64,000 nt of DNA from Salisapilia sapeloensis CBS 127946 (taxonomy: Eukaryota > Protista > Oomycota): contig JAADVB010000027.1 of NCBI GenBank assembly GCA_023334545.1, positions 52,581 to 116,580 on the forward strand, read 5' to 3'. A model generated the notes under the pieces. That model did not search any database and was not told the DNA's origin. It saw nothing but the letters and a program-made list of their open reading frames with translations. Position numbers and translations under genes: made by a program. This document shows positions 44,707-56,690 of this stretch, piece by piece. Numbering within the stretch: the stretch's first letter is position 1; each line of letters begins with the position of its first letter.

Positions 44707-47700
44707 ATGCTGGAGAAATTGGTGCTGGAGAACTTCAAGAGCTTTGGCGGACGCCACGAGATAGACTTTTCGCGTAGACTCAACTGCATTGCTGGGCACA
44801 ATGGCGCTGGTAGCACTATCTCTTTCTTGTATGTTTGGTACGAAGAGCTCAAGTAATGAGGCGGTGGTAGGCAAATCCAATATCCTCGGCACGTCGCACT
44901 ACGATCCGTTTCATTTATGATAAGCTAACAACAGACATGGATGGCTGTTATTATCAGAAGCGATCTGCTTTGGTCTGGGTGAAGGTCGGTGCTCTCGACT
45001 GCGAGTGCAGTCCCTGTCGGATCTTCACTTCAAGGAAGAGCGCGGTGGACAGCGAAATAAGGAACCGACAGTTGTCACACTATACTTGCGAACCAAAAGT
45101 ATATCATAGAATCAACACACTTTAAATGGTCAGGTATTGATGCAGGCCGTAGATGCACAGCCTATTGTAGTCTCGGCGACATTGAGTCCGACAACAGGCC
45201 ACAGGACATATCGGTTCAACAACTCAATTACTCCGGTCAAGAGTAAGACCTTCAAGTAGTATCAGTACTTGGTACTTTAGTCAACGCTTTATACGATGAT
45301 TACAGAAGTGAAACGGAACGTTCGTAGCTTGTGTGGCATCGACATTGACGTCTCCTCCTGGTCCTTAACAGTCTACATCATACTTTCTCGCCTCTCTTGA
45401 TAATCGCTACGACGTAGGGTGATTCGTCAGAATGGAGTACTAGAAATGGTAGCTACCTACACCTTAATTGCCTATGTAGAAGATGTAGACGTAAGATTTA
45501 TAAACTGTAGTCGAACAAGCGACCTTCAGAGCTCGCTGCTTACCTATGCGAAGTAAAACATACTGCTCTTTTACTCATTTAACTGTATAACTTATGAGAA
45601 ATGGGCAGGCTGCTGGAACGAACATGTTTCTAGAGTATGAACAGGATGCTCAAGATGCGATCACCAACTTTAGATCAGTTGCCATGAAAACGACTCAAAA
45701 CATCAACCAGCTTGTACAAATTCTTTACCAAAGTCACGAGTGCTTTCGCAGGACTTTTACAGCGCCTTGTCATTTTAGAAGCAAGTGATAGAAAAGGAAG
45801 CAAAAGTCTTGGAAGACATTCGTCGGAAGAAAGAGGTATTTTTCATACTACCACCAGAACAAACATCAGTTTTACTTGTTGGATTAGGTCGAGAACGAGA
45901 TCAACAAGTGCAAACACCAGATAGAAACATTAGAATCGTGTCGTCTATCTAAAAGTAAACTCTATTGCGTCCTTAGCTCAATTAAAATTCACATTTTCTA
46001 CGACAGAATTGCTAAACGACAAACGAGCACGTGAAGCGATGGAAGCTACACAATGTCAAACGAAGACAGACCTATCTCAAGTCCATCTGCAAATCAAAGC
46101 TCTGGATGAACAACTATCAAAAGAAAAAAATCGATTGGCGCCAGGTGTCGAGAAAGAGTACACGAAAGCAGAAGAGAATCTTCTTGCTGCATCAGCAAAG
46201 CAAATATCATGTGCTACACGCCTGGAAGCTCTATCTACACAGCTGAGGGAGATGGAGAAAGTGATAGTCGAGTGTCAGGACAGATGGAAGGAAGCTCGAG
46301 AGTGTCTCGATAAAGTCGAAAACGTATAACTATAGAATCTTGTTAGTAGTGAAAGTGAACTAAAGGTATCTCTGTCTTGTGTAGAAGATCACAAGGACAT
46401 CTACGGCAGTTTTAATGACTGACTTCAGTCTAACGAGAATTGCAAAGTGCCGGGAGACAGAGATGACGGACATAAGGCAGTTTGAAAGGCAGCTTGAAGA
46501 CGAGATTGCTCAAGTAGGAGCATGTTGATGTATCATCTCTTGACAATAGGACTAACCATAGGCATCTATAGTGGAGTCAATCGTCCTCTGATACAACTCA
46601 AGCGTATCATAATCGACTCCTTTCGTCCATTGTAAGTACCATCGCTGGTCTATCGAGTCTGTAGTCTAACGCGTAAGATGTAAGGACACGACGATCCAGA
46701 CAAATGAAACAGACATGCATGGACTCATTGATTCCAAAGAGGCCTGTAAACGACAGCTTCTAGTACTTCAAGACCACCTCTCGTCCTTTTCTACGCTACC
46801 ACATCGACAGCAAGTGGAAGAGGACTTGAGCAATGCCCAGCGTACTATCGACGACGTCCGAGAGAAAGAAAGGTTCTGTCGGTCATCTCTGCCATCTCTT
46901 GAACCTCCACTTCAATCTCATGGTACATTCATATCATCCCATGGACCTTGCTATCTCACTAAGTGATATCTGTAGGAGACTACGGGATGCTTGTGGACAT
47001 GCTTTCGATTCCATCGAGTGTGTTAGATTCGAATATCCAGAGAGAATGGCTTGTTCCACTCGGTCTGCTGCTGGAACAAAAGCTCTGGACAAGAGTTTGC
47101 GAGGATGATCGATTCGCAATGCAGATCATTCGAGCGAATGGGAACAGAAAATCCTTTACGATATGGTTCGTTCTATCATGTCTGTCGTCAGCTCTTTAAT
47201 AACGTTTTATTCTAGGCCACTGCAGAACCTGAAGGTAGGATCCAACCGATTGGAAAGACTTATGCCAGTGATACGCGATCGTTTCCACCCGGACGACGTC
47301 TGCGATCCCCGAGACCTTTTGACTGTTAGAAGAGAAGGCAGAGGACAAGAGGCACAATTACAAAAGTGCATCACAAAAGGTAGGGTATTTATATTGCAAA
47401 AAGTCGACAGAGGTTGACGATGTAGAAACGTAGCTCTGGGATCATGGTTACTCGTTCGAAACGACAGAATTGGGAGGGAGATACTGGAAAAATTCGACAT
47501 CCCAAGCGTTTCCATTACGCTTAACCTCCACGCTCATGGCGTACGCTACTCCCCATCACCTTTCAAGTATCCTGCATGATTCATATGCATAAGAGTAGAT
47601 GTTATCAGGCGGACATATCCCACGTCAAGGCCCTTTCTCCACCTTTCTTCGCATCCAGGAAATACAAGCCAAGGAGTAGAGTCTTGTCGGGAGATTAAAA

Positions 47701-49333
47701 ACCAAGAGACATTTGTTTTTAATCTGTATATGGTAGGAAGCACCTTGAAGAGAAAGCTAGATGTCTGCTCCAAACTCTCAGTGACGTTGCGCATCAAGAG
47801 GACATCCTTCGCAAGATGTCCAACATACAACATGATATGCAGGACATAGAGTGGAAGATAGATCGATGTCAACGGTATATTCGGGAGGAGCAAAGTAAAA
47901 GACGACAGTTGATCTCCGACCAGCGCTCTGTCCATTCAGCTCAACTCAAAAGAGACACTGCCATCCAGTGTCTACATGGACATCTGCAGACTGCCAAGCG
48001 ACTCCACAGTCTCTACGAGCTGCGAGACGTATTGATTAGGTAGATGTGCATCTCGTGCAGCCGTATAAAATACTCATGAACAAGTAGAGACAAAGCAGAA
48101 GCAGAAGGAGAGTTGGATCAGTTGACACAGAGTCAGCGTCATGCTCAGGTCCCTAAATGCCCAACATCCTCTTTCCCATGACTCATCTCTTTGTAGAAAC
48201 AATACGCTGTCACCCAGTCGAAACTGGACAGTCTAGAAGAGGAAAAGGATGAACTAGTACAGACGAAACGACAAGAGGAAGAAGAGTACAGCAGACTCGA
48301 ATCCGAAGCTCAGACGTGTAAAATCCACCGAGACTTACTTCAAGTCCAACGTCAAGAGTACAAAGATCTCCGAGTTTCCATTCATCGCACGCAGCGTGAA
48401 CTAGCTCAGCTGGATGAACGTCAGCAAAGCCTCTCTTCTACGGTTGTGTCGTTGGAAGAAGAGCTTGCTATCCTGCACAAAAGCATCCAGTCTCTTAGAG
48501 AAGAACTGTCCAGACGACGTCCTCCATTGTCTCCACTACCACCAGATATCGAAATGCTCTTGTCGTCGAATAAGAAGCAGCTATTGACTCTCCAAGTCGA
48601 AGAACGCTTCCTCAGAGATAAAATCTCGACTGAAGCGATATCGAGTGAAGAGGAGACGATGGGCAAGAAGCAAAAGATACTTTGGTTGGAACAAATGCAG
48701 CATCAGATACTAGCAGCCATCGATCAATTGCAGCAAGGCATGCAGGAGACGCAGGATAAGGCGAAAGAAGCCAACGCTGTTGCCTTGGACTATGTCAACC
48801 AAGTCTTTGCCTCCATCTTCCACACCGCCGTGCCATCCAAGACAGCTTCCATACAACAGACAGACACTTTGGTCCAAGTAGAGAGCATTCATATCGTAGA
48901 AACACACGAGAAGCTAAGTCTAGTCGATAGGATGGCATTCAGCTATGCGTTACCAAACCTGGAGAAACCTCGACTCAAGTCAAGAAAGAACTATCCGGTG
49001 GACAGCTTACCATGCTCAGTAAGTCTCTATCCTACTTGTTAAACAGTAGACTTCTTTACAAATATTGGTAGGCATGGCATACGTATTCGCTCTTGCGAGA
49101 TACAGCGCCTCCCCGATCTACTTGCTAGATGAAATCGACGCTGCCCTGGATGAAGACAATCAGGTCGCAACCATCCACGTCTGAACCCATGACGCCAACA
49201 TAACAGTACTCCATAGTCCATTGTCGCCAGTATGATCCGAGACACCTTCCATCGTAGCCAAGTAATCTGCATCAGCCATCGCCAAGTACCTACACTACCC
49301 GACACCATCACACCTCTTCCTAACAGCCTTTAG
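44707..49333 (+). CDS. Divergent SMC2-like protein, >20 introns (3' end approximate)
   Basis: MLEKLVLENFKSF; Walker A GHNGAGKSNILEAICFGLG; Q-loop VIRQNG; EAAGTNMF; hinge GDYGMLVDML...SFTIWPLQNL...ALGSWLLV...MLSGG; signature ELSGGQ; Walker B/D-loop YLLDEIDAALD; H-loop SQVICISH. Exons joined manually. Confidence 0.8.
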
Positions 49334-49431
49334 TCCCTCCACACGCAAGCACACAAGATCATTCACCTTTCATAAGCCAAACCGGAGCTTTTTCATTTTC
49401 TTTTCCTTACCAGAGAGTACGTATCTCTAGT

Positions 49432-50625
49432 CTAGGCCTGCGCCGCTTGGGCCTTCTTCTTCTTCTTCTGGTTCTTGTTCTTGTTCTTCTTCTTCGTCAA
49501 GCTCGTTGCCAAGATTGCAGCCGTCTCTTCATCCGGCGTCTTGTCCGCCTTGACCTTGTCCGACGGGAACTCGAGACCAGTGATCTTGGTCTGGCCGGAC
49601 GGAAGGAGAAGAAGCGTCGCCTTGAAGTGCGCGACCTTGTCCTCCTTCTTACCCTCCAGAATCGGGTACGACTCGAGCAAGTCGTGCTTGACGCACTCGA
49701 CGACACCCATACGCGCCTGGCTCTCGTCGTCGAACGCACGGATCGTGAACGGAAGCGTCGGGAACTTGGCGTTGATCTCCTTGAACACGTATCGAGACGC
49801 CTTCATCTTCAGACGGTACTGCTTCTCCACCTGGCGCTTGAACACAGTCGTACGACGCTCACTCGCCACAGGCTTGTCGTTGCCAGTCGTGTAGCACAGA
49901 TCCAACGTGTACACCTCGTTCGGCTCAAACGTCACCTTGGACACGCGGTTCTCCGCGTCGTGCTTCTGCGCAATTGTCTTGTTGCCGTCGATCACAAAAC
50001 GCTTCAGCTGGTGCATCACCGTGCCCTGGAGAGACTTGACGCCGTAGCTCTCTTCGAGCTTCTGGAGAGCGTCAGTCACCTGCGTGTTCGTGTTGCCAGG
50101 CTTGATCAGACGAGCACAGAGCTCGACAGCGTCGTGCGCACACTTGTACACGTTGGCTTCTTCGCCCGTGAGTTCAGGGAACTCGGCCTCGGCGGCGTTG
50201 CCTTCCGAAGGAACAATGGCCGTGTGCGCGACCACAGCGATGTAGCCGTCGATGTGGCATCCAAGATCGATCTTGACCCAGTCGCCGGCCTCGACCGTCT
50301 TGGATTCCGACGCAAGAGGAGAAAAGTGGCAGATGATCTCGTTCACCGACACGCACGTCGGGAACGCGACGCCCTTCTCGACCTTCTTGCTCTTGAAAAT
50401 CGCTGCGCAACGCTGGGTGATGATCAGATCGGCGAACTTGCATAGCTCGACGACGTCTTTACCAGCCGAGAGCTGGCTAAGAACGCCTTGGAGAGCAGAC
50501 TGGGCGATCTCAGACGCGAGACGGTACTTAGTCACGACGTCCGAGTTGCTGCAGTCCTCCGCCGGCGCCTGCTGCTCAACCTCTTCTTCGCTATCACTGT
50601 GCTGCGACTTCTCCTCGTCCGACAT
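49432..50625 (-). CDS. PA2G4: Proliferation-associated protein 2G4 / EBP1 (M24 fold)
   Basis: DVVTKYRLASEIA, KGVAFPTCVSVNEIICHFSPL, VKIDLGCHIDGYIAVVAHT, YRLKMKASR, FPTLPFTIRAF; K-rich tail. Confidence 0.93.
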   Translation of the reverse strand: MSDEEKSQHSDSEEEVEQQAPAEDCSNSDVVTKYRLASEIAQSALQGVLSQLSAGKDVVELCKFADLIITQRCAAIFKSKKVEKGVAFPTCVSVNEIICHFSPLASESKTVEAGDWVKIDLGCHIDGYIAVVAHTAIVPSEGNAAEAEFPELTGEEANVYKCAHDAVELCARLIKPGNTNTQVTDALQKLEESYGVKSLQGTVMHQLKRFVIDGNKTIAQKHDAENRVSKVTFEPNEVYTLDLCYTTGNDKPVASERRTTVFKRQVEKQYRLKMKASRYVFKEINAKFPTLPFTIRAFDDESQARMGVVECVKHDLLESYPILEGKKEDKVAHFKATLLLLPSGQTKITGLEFPSDKVKADKTPDEETAAILATSLTKKKNKNKNQKKKKKAQAAQA

Positions 50626-50877
50626 GTCTTCGATCTTTTATGGTATGTGGGGTGGCCGCACTTGACTTTAGTATACCAGCCTAAGCTTCCGTCGCCGCCA
50701 TTCAAAGATCAGTTTTTAATTCGTTTCAAAACGGTTGTAAACAGCCGAACGGCGGCAGCATGAGGAGCGGGACGAAGATGGGAAATTGCTCCGACGAGTA
50801 TCTTCCATCTTTTTCAAGCCTTATCCTCGCTTTTCTTTCTTTAAACTCTTATTTCACTTTTACTACCGCGACGTACA

Positions 50878-52305
50878 ATGTTCTTGACGTCCAAAAGCTC
50901 GAGGCTTGATGACGCTCTACCTAATTACCACAGTCCTGATAACGAGTATCGAAGTGATAGTGGCCATTTTCCAATCTATTCCGTTGCTACGAATCCTATC
51001 GAGAATGACAAGGCCAGTGAAATTAAACTGCCCTCATTCGCCCGTCCACACATGCGAGCCTTTCATATGTCCTGGATGAGCTTCTTCATCGCGTTCTTCG
51101 GATGGTTCGCTATCCCACCGCTTATGCCCACGATCAAACGCGAACTGCGTCTGTCTAAAGACCAAGTTGCTGATACCAACATCGCATCAGTTGCCTCCAC
51201 CATCCTAGCACGTACGGTCACCGGTCCGCTTTGTGACAAGTATGGCTGCCGTACAATCCAAACCGTCATCTTGGTACTTGGTGCTATTCCCGTCGCTTGC
51301 GCAGGGCTCACCAGCTCCTATGAAGATATTCTCGTCACCCGTCTCGCCATTGGACTCGTTGGAGCGTCCTTTATTGCTACAGCGTCTTGGACGTCGGCGA
51401 TGTTTGCTAGCAACGTCGTCGGCACGGCGAACGCGTTAGCTGCTGGATGGGGTAACCTGGGTGCAGGTGTTACCTACCTCGTCAGCCCTCTACTTTTCGA
51501 CCTAGTGACTCTCAGTACTGCCGTATCTGATGACCTGGGCTGGCGAATCACTCTTGTCTTTCCTGCATTAATGATGTTAGCAATTAGCTTTTTCATGTAC
51601 AAGTACTCAGACGATTGTCCGCAAGGAAACTATAAGGACATCGAGACTGTTCATCATCGGCCAGTAGACTCAGATCCTGCACGTTCATCTCTCTGGTCCG
51701 TCCTTCAAAGCCCGGCTGTCTGGGTCCTAAGTTTCCAATACGCATGCTCCTTTGGTGTCGAACTGCAGGTGCACAACGTACTGGGTATCTACTACTATGA
51801 AGACTTTGTAAAGGCAGGATGTCAAGTCACGGCACAAGAACCTTGTCGAGTGCTAAGTCAGACACAAAGCAGCCTCATTTCATCTCTCTTCGGCTTCATG
51901 TGCCTTTTTGCTCGAGCGGCAGGAGGCTATCTTTCGGACGTTGCCAATACCAAATTTGGGATGCAAGGAAGACTACTTGCGCAGGTCATCTGCTTCTTCG
52001 GACAAACAGTCTTCCTCTTGTGCTTTGCCAATGCCACATCCGTCGGTTTAAGCGTACCGTTCTTAATCCTATTCGGGGTTTGTGTCCAAGCATGCACCGG
52101 AACCACGTATGCGATCGTACCTTTTGTAGATCCAAGCGCTACAGGAACTGTTTCAGGAGTCGTTGGCGCTGGTGGAAATGTCGGTGGATTGTGCTGGGGG
52201 TTCCTATTTAAAACCATCGTGGACAGTCGAAAGAGCTTCATGTACCTCAGTGCCTTTGTACTCGCTGCAGCTCTCTCGACTGTGGGAATAAAGATAAATG
52301 AATGA
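50878..52305 (+). CDS. NRT2: High-affinity nitrate/nitrite transporter (NRT2/NNP family MFS)
   Basis: RPHMRAFHMSWMSFFIAFFGWFA, FASNVVGTANALAAGWGNLGAG (nitrate signature), YACSFGVEL, SGVVGAGGNVG. Confidence 0.88.
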   Translation: MFLTSKSSRLDDALPNYHSPDNEYRSDSGHFPIYSVATNPIENDKASEIKLPSFARPHMRAFHMSWMSFFIAFFGWFAIPPLMPTIKRELRLSKDQVADTNIASVASTILARTVTGPLCDKYGCRTIQTVILVLGAIPVACAGLTSSYEDILVTRLAIGLVGASFIATASWTSAMFASNVVGTANALAAGWGNLGAGVTYLVSPLLFDLVTLSTAVSDDLGWRITLVFPALMMLAISFFMYKYSDDCPQGNYKDIETVHHRPVDSDPARSSLWSVLQSPAVWVLSFQYACSFGVELQVHNVLGIYYYEDFVKAGCQVTAQEPCRVLSQTQSSLISSLFGFMCLFARAAGGYLSDVANTKFGMQGRLLAQVICFFGQTVFLLCFANATSVGLSVPFLILFGVCVQACTGTTYAIVPFVDPSATGTVSGVVGAGGNVGGLCWGFLFKTIVDSRKSFMYLSAFVLAAALSTVGIKINE

Positions 52306-52702
52306 AGGTAGTTTATGTTGCGGGGCATCTATCAAGTGCGTGCAATCGGAAGAAGAAGACAAGAACAGACCGAGATGAATTGCCAGGGCTGACGAGTCCT
52401 GTACATGCTGTAAGATATGTGATGCCTTGTTTGTAGTGTTTCAATGTACTGCTTGTTTATAATGTATCACTGCTCCACCTATCGGCCCACATCACCTTCG
52501 CTTCCACATAAAGCCCAGAGCACTCTTGGCAAGCTCCAAAGTGTCCATCTCACGACGATGTCATTGAAGTCTTGTTGAAACCCAGCCCTGAGCTGCCTGG
52601 TACTTTTCTGGTTCCGTAAACAGTCGCCTAAACAACAAAACGAAACACAAAATCCCAAAACGGCAATTGGCACCTCGTAGACACTCTTCCACGCTCGTCA
52701 CG

Positions 52703-55129
52703 ATGGCCAAGTTGCGCATGCAAGTTGTACGTTGCTCCGGAGAAGACTTAGACTTTCCTGCGATTGAACTTAATGATATTTCGGGGTCTGGTCGAGGGTA
52801 TCTCACGCCAAAGTACGATCGCCAAGCAGCTATGTTTTTTGTCGGATAGTATTCAGTCTTAAACTGCGTCTGATGTGTAGAAACTGCGAATATCCACAAG
52901 AGCTAGTTATTCAAATACGAGAGGGAATGTGTCGGCTCACTCAAGTCCAACTGCTATCACATCAGTCTCACATTGCATCCAAAATCGAACTCTTTATCTC
53001 GGCTAGTCCAGACCTCCAGGACAATAAGTTTCAACGACTTGGGTACAAAAATGGCAATTCTATCGTAACTCTGCTACAGGAAACAACTAAACCATATTTG
53101 TGTGGTTACATGATAGCTTTTTAACACTCAAGTCAAATGTTGAGAGCAATTTCATGGCTCGAGAGCTCAAAACGGTGCACATTGACGCAGAGGCACGCTA
53201 CCTCCGTCTACTCTTGCATCGGTGTTATGTCAATGAACGCAACCTGTACAACCAAGTACGCCTTTCTATTCGTATCTAGCCCTTCCACCCTTCTAAAGTA
53301 TAAGCCAGGTAGGCATCATGGCCATCAACGTCTTTGGTGACGCACTAGAAGAACCTTCCTCCCCGAACGAACTCCCAAATCACTCGAAAGCTTCTTTCTC
53401 GCCACTGAAGCCTCAATCTATTCACTCCACGTCCAACACGTCTCTAAACTCCAATAAGCCAGACATGCGTTTTGATCCAAAGACAGCAGCTCAGATCCGA
53501 GAGATCCAGCATCGAAAGAACGAGGCTGTGGCGGTAGAAGACTACGACTTGGCTAAACGTTTAAAGCAGCAGGAAGAGAAACTCAAAAGCGTTGGATTGC
53601 AACTAGCTCGATTGGAACAACAAAAGAAGGAGGCAGTCATAGCAGAAGACTATGACGCTGCGAAGCGGATCAAGAGTGAGATACTGGAACTTGAAGCAGG
53701 CGTCTACGACGACTCGCCAGCGCCCAAGATGAATGATTTGCGGACAAGCCAAGAGTCTGCTTCTTCCGCTTCTAACTATTCATCCAAAGAAGTGCCTCCT
53801 GTGCATATGAATAGAGTAGAGTACAGTAGTGATCCACAAGAAGAGGAAAAAGCGTACGAGCAGGATGTGAACCCCCACTTTGCCGGTCTAGATGATGCCG
53901 AGCAATTGTCTGATCCGGACCCGCTTCCTCCAGCTCTCATAAGTCAAAGCGAAGACATGATGCATGTCATTGGAGAGTACCTCACTCGTTGCATGTACAG
54001 CAACGTATGGAACCATCGAGACGCTGCGCTTCGAAAGGTCGCACTGGATATTGAAGAGATTCCTGGAGATCTACAGGAAGTGCTAGAGGTCGGTGCGTCT
54101 CTTGTGGAAATGGGCGCGAGTGATCGGATCGCTCAAGTCACACTCGCTGCCTTTAATCTTCTAGACAGACTCCTCCATCTCTCAGCTGCTGTCGACAGTA
54201 GTACCCTCTGTGGCGTACTAGACGGAAGCTTCGCACAGGTCGTATCGCGTCTAGGCGACCAACAGACGAAAGTGCGTGATGAAAGTGCTGCTATCCTACT
54301 CCGTCTTGCATCTACACCAAACATTGGTCTCGACTGTATTGTCGATCACGTTCTTAAGCGTAGTAAGAAAACTCCTTCGCCTAAATCACTACTCGGTCGT
54401 CTACAGATGACGCAGACGTTCGTGGAGGAGTTCGGTCCACCTACCGAATCGGATCAGCCGTACTCGATCGAGAACGTCATGACGTTCCTAGAGGACTACG
54501 ACTGCTTTGGACATCAGAACAAAGACGTACGCGATGCCAGTAAGCGTCTGACGGTTCAATTATACCGTCAAGTCGGTCCTGACATCGAAAACTACCTCAC
54601 GAGTCTTCGTCCAAAGCAAATGGAAGAGTACCAAACTGCTTTCCAATCGGTTAATGCTCCTCCAAAAGCACCAAAGCCATCTCCATCCACGACTGCGCTC
54701 ATGCCAAGTGACGTGCAGGACGAGAGTGACAACGAGTCCGTGGACGAGTACACTTGTCCGTTCTGTGGTATCGTCGACTCTTCCTTTGCATCCGAGGAAC
54801 TAGATAAACACTTCTGGGCTCACTGCAAGATGCTCACGCCGTGCCGAATGTGTGGTCAAGTGATTGAAATCAGTTCTTTGACAGACCACTTGCTGACCGA
54901 ATGCGCTCGGAAAGACCAGCACGAAGAGTGTCCTCGATGTGGAGAAGCACTCGCTGCTGCCTTTTACGACCGACACGTGTCTCTAGGAGATTGTCTGCCT
55001 CGTCCAGACCCTCAATCCGGCAGCCGCTGTCCTCTCTGTCACGAAGACATTCCCCCTCGATCAAAGGGATGGAAGCAGCATTTACTAGTCGACACTTGTC
55101 CTGAGAACCCACGATCAAAAGATGAGTAA
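52703..55129 (+). CDS. CEP104: Centrosomal/ciliary tip protein CEP104, several 5' introns
   Basis: N-terminal SGEDLDFPAIEL...CEYPQELVIQ...VQLLSHQSHIASKIELF; UVR-like KNEAVAVEDYDLAKRLK x2; TOG-like helices; C-terminal zinc fingers CPFCG...HFWAHCKMLTPCRMCGQVIEISSLTDHLLTEC...RCPLCH. Confidence 0.88.
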
Positions 55130-55289
55130 GAGATAAAAAGTAGAAACAGTCGGATTCAAATGTCTTCAAATAAGCCTCCTGTTTTTCTCTTCGCTTACTT
55201 AGTTAGGAAGATGCCGAGGCTGCCTGGTCGACCTCGATAAAAAAGAAAAAAGCTAGAAACAAAATTGGACATGCGACCATGAGATACGA

Positions 55290-56432
55290 TCACATCGTCA
55301 CGATGCCTTCTTTGGGTGTCTCCGGTCCTTCCAGCTCATCCACACTACTCGATCGGCCAAAGGCAGCTGCGCCTTCGTCAGTCTCCTGCTGCTGCCGTCG
55401 ACGCCAGACGACGGCAGCAAAGATGAGTGCGGCTGCCACCACGATACCAGCGATAATGCCAATGATAATGTAAATCGTGCTGTTCGAGTCATCGTCTTCG
55501 GCTGCGTTGCCAGCGCTGTCTGTGTCTTCCTTCCGGTTGGACTTGGTCGACCCGTCGATGGTGTCCGAGTCGGACTTGGAGTCGCTAGCGCTCACACTTG
55601 TGTCCTCCGAGTTGGACATGGACAAGTCTGTACTTCCGCTCGTGGAATCTAATGCATGTCCATAAGTCTTTATTTCGCAAAAGCCTACATAATTAATCCT
55701 ACCGGAGGGTGGAACTTCACACTGGTCGCCACTGTATCCGTCGGAGCACTCACACTCGTTCTTGACACACTCTCCATGCTTTCCACATTGGCCAACGCCT
55801 TCGACGCACGTACCTACCAATCATACATAAACTCTGTGCACACAATTGACATGAGTATGTAGCTTACTACCGTTCACGACGTTATCACACATGTCTCCGT
55901 CCCATCCAGAGTCGCAGGAGCATTCAAATTTGGGGTTCTCGCCACCTCTCGTCGCCTGGCAATTGCCCCGACCGTTGCATTGTTCTCCTCCGGCATTACA
56001 CGAGTCTAGTCGAGTACATGTGAATAAAAATACTCTATAAATAAAAAGAAGTGTGATCACCATACCTTTGCACAGGCCAGGAAAACTGTCTTCGCATCGG
56101 TCCATGCTCACGCACTTGTAGATACCGTAGGCACCGTCGAATTCCTTACAGCCATCCGAAGCACCGGAGCACGTCTTGTCGGACTGAAGCCAAACGCATA
56201 CGAGCTGGCCACTCTTCTCATCTCCAGGACAAGAACCCAAGGACGCACCACCGCACGCCCTGCCTTGAACGCAGCGCTGGATGGGGTACTCCGAGGAGCC
56301 GGCCACGCACGTAGCATCCGGGTCGGTGCAGTCGCTATTATCGCTGCACTCCTTCCCTAGTGCGACGGCTTGCGTGCCTCGAGCGGCGAGGCCGAGGCCC
56401 AGCACGAGCGCCACGGAGAGTCGACGTAGCAT
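55290..56432 (-). CDS. EGF-like domain type I membrane protein, 4 exons
   Basis: Signal peptide MLRRLSVALVLGLGLAARG; Cys-rich N-domain; EGF-type CNGRGNC...CSCDSGWDGDMC and CGKHGEC...CECSDGYSGDQC; S/D-rich stalk; TM IYIIIGIIAGIVVAAALIFAAVVW followed by RRR. Confidence 0.82.
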
Positions 56433-56690
56433 GTGCTTTCGCTGAATCTGAAATATGTAGGTACGCTGAAGAGAAGGCGAGGCAAGTCGCAGTTCACGTT
56501 CAGGCGTGGGAAGCGCGGCGCTATCAAGGGGGAGAAGAGCCGTTTTCCAAGTACTTGGTCGCACACTTGTGGCGGCGGTAGAGCAAGTAGGAGGAATAAA
56601 TCGGAATACGTGGGTTCATTAGGTTCAGGAGTGCTATTTTTGGGACGCGTACAATGCGACGATCGCCACGAAACCATATGGATCGCCTTG

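Noticed and set aside
49447-50445. Long antisense or alternative-frame ORFs (e.g. 49447-50445, 25428-26705, 32865-33716, 3209-3949, 20264-20944)
   Set aside because: They are shadows of real GC3-biased or low-complexity genes on the opposite strand and have no recognisable motifs of their own.
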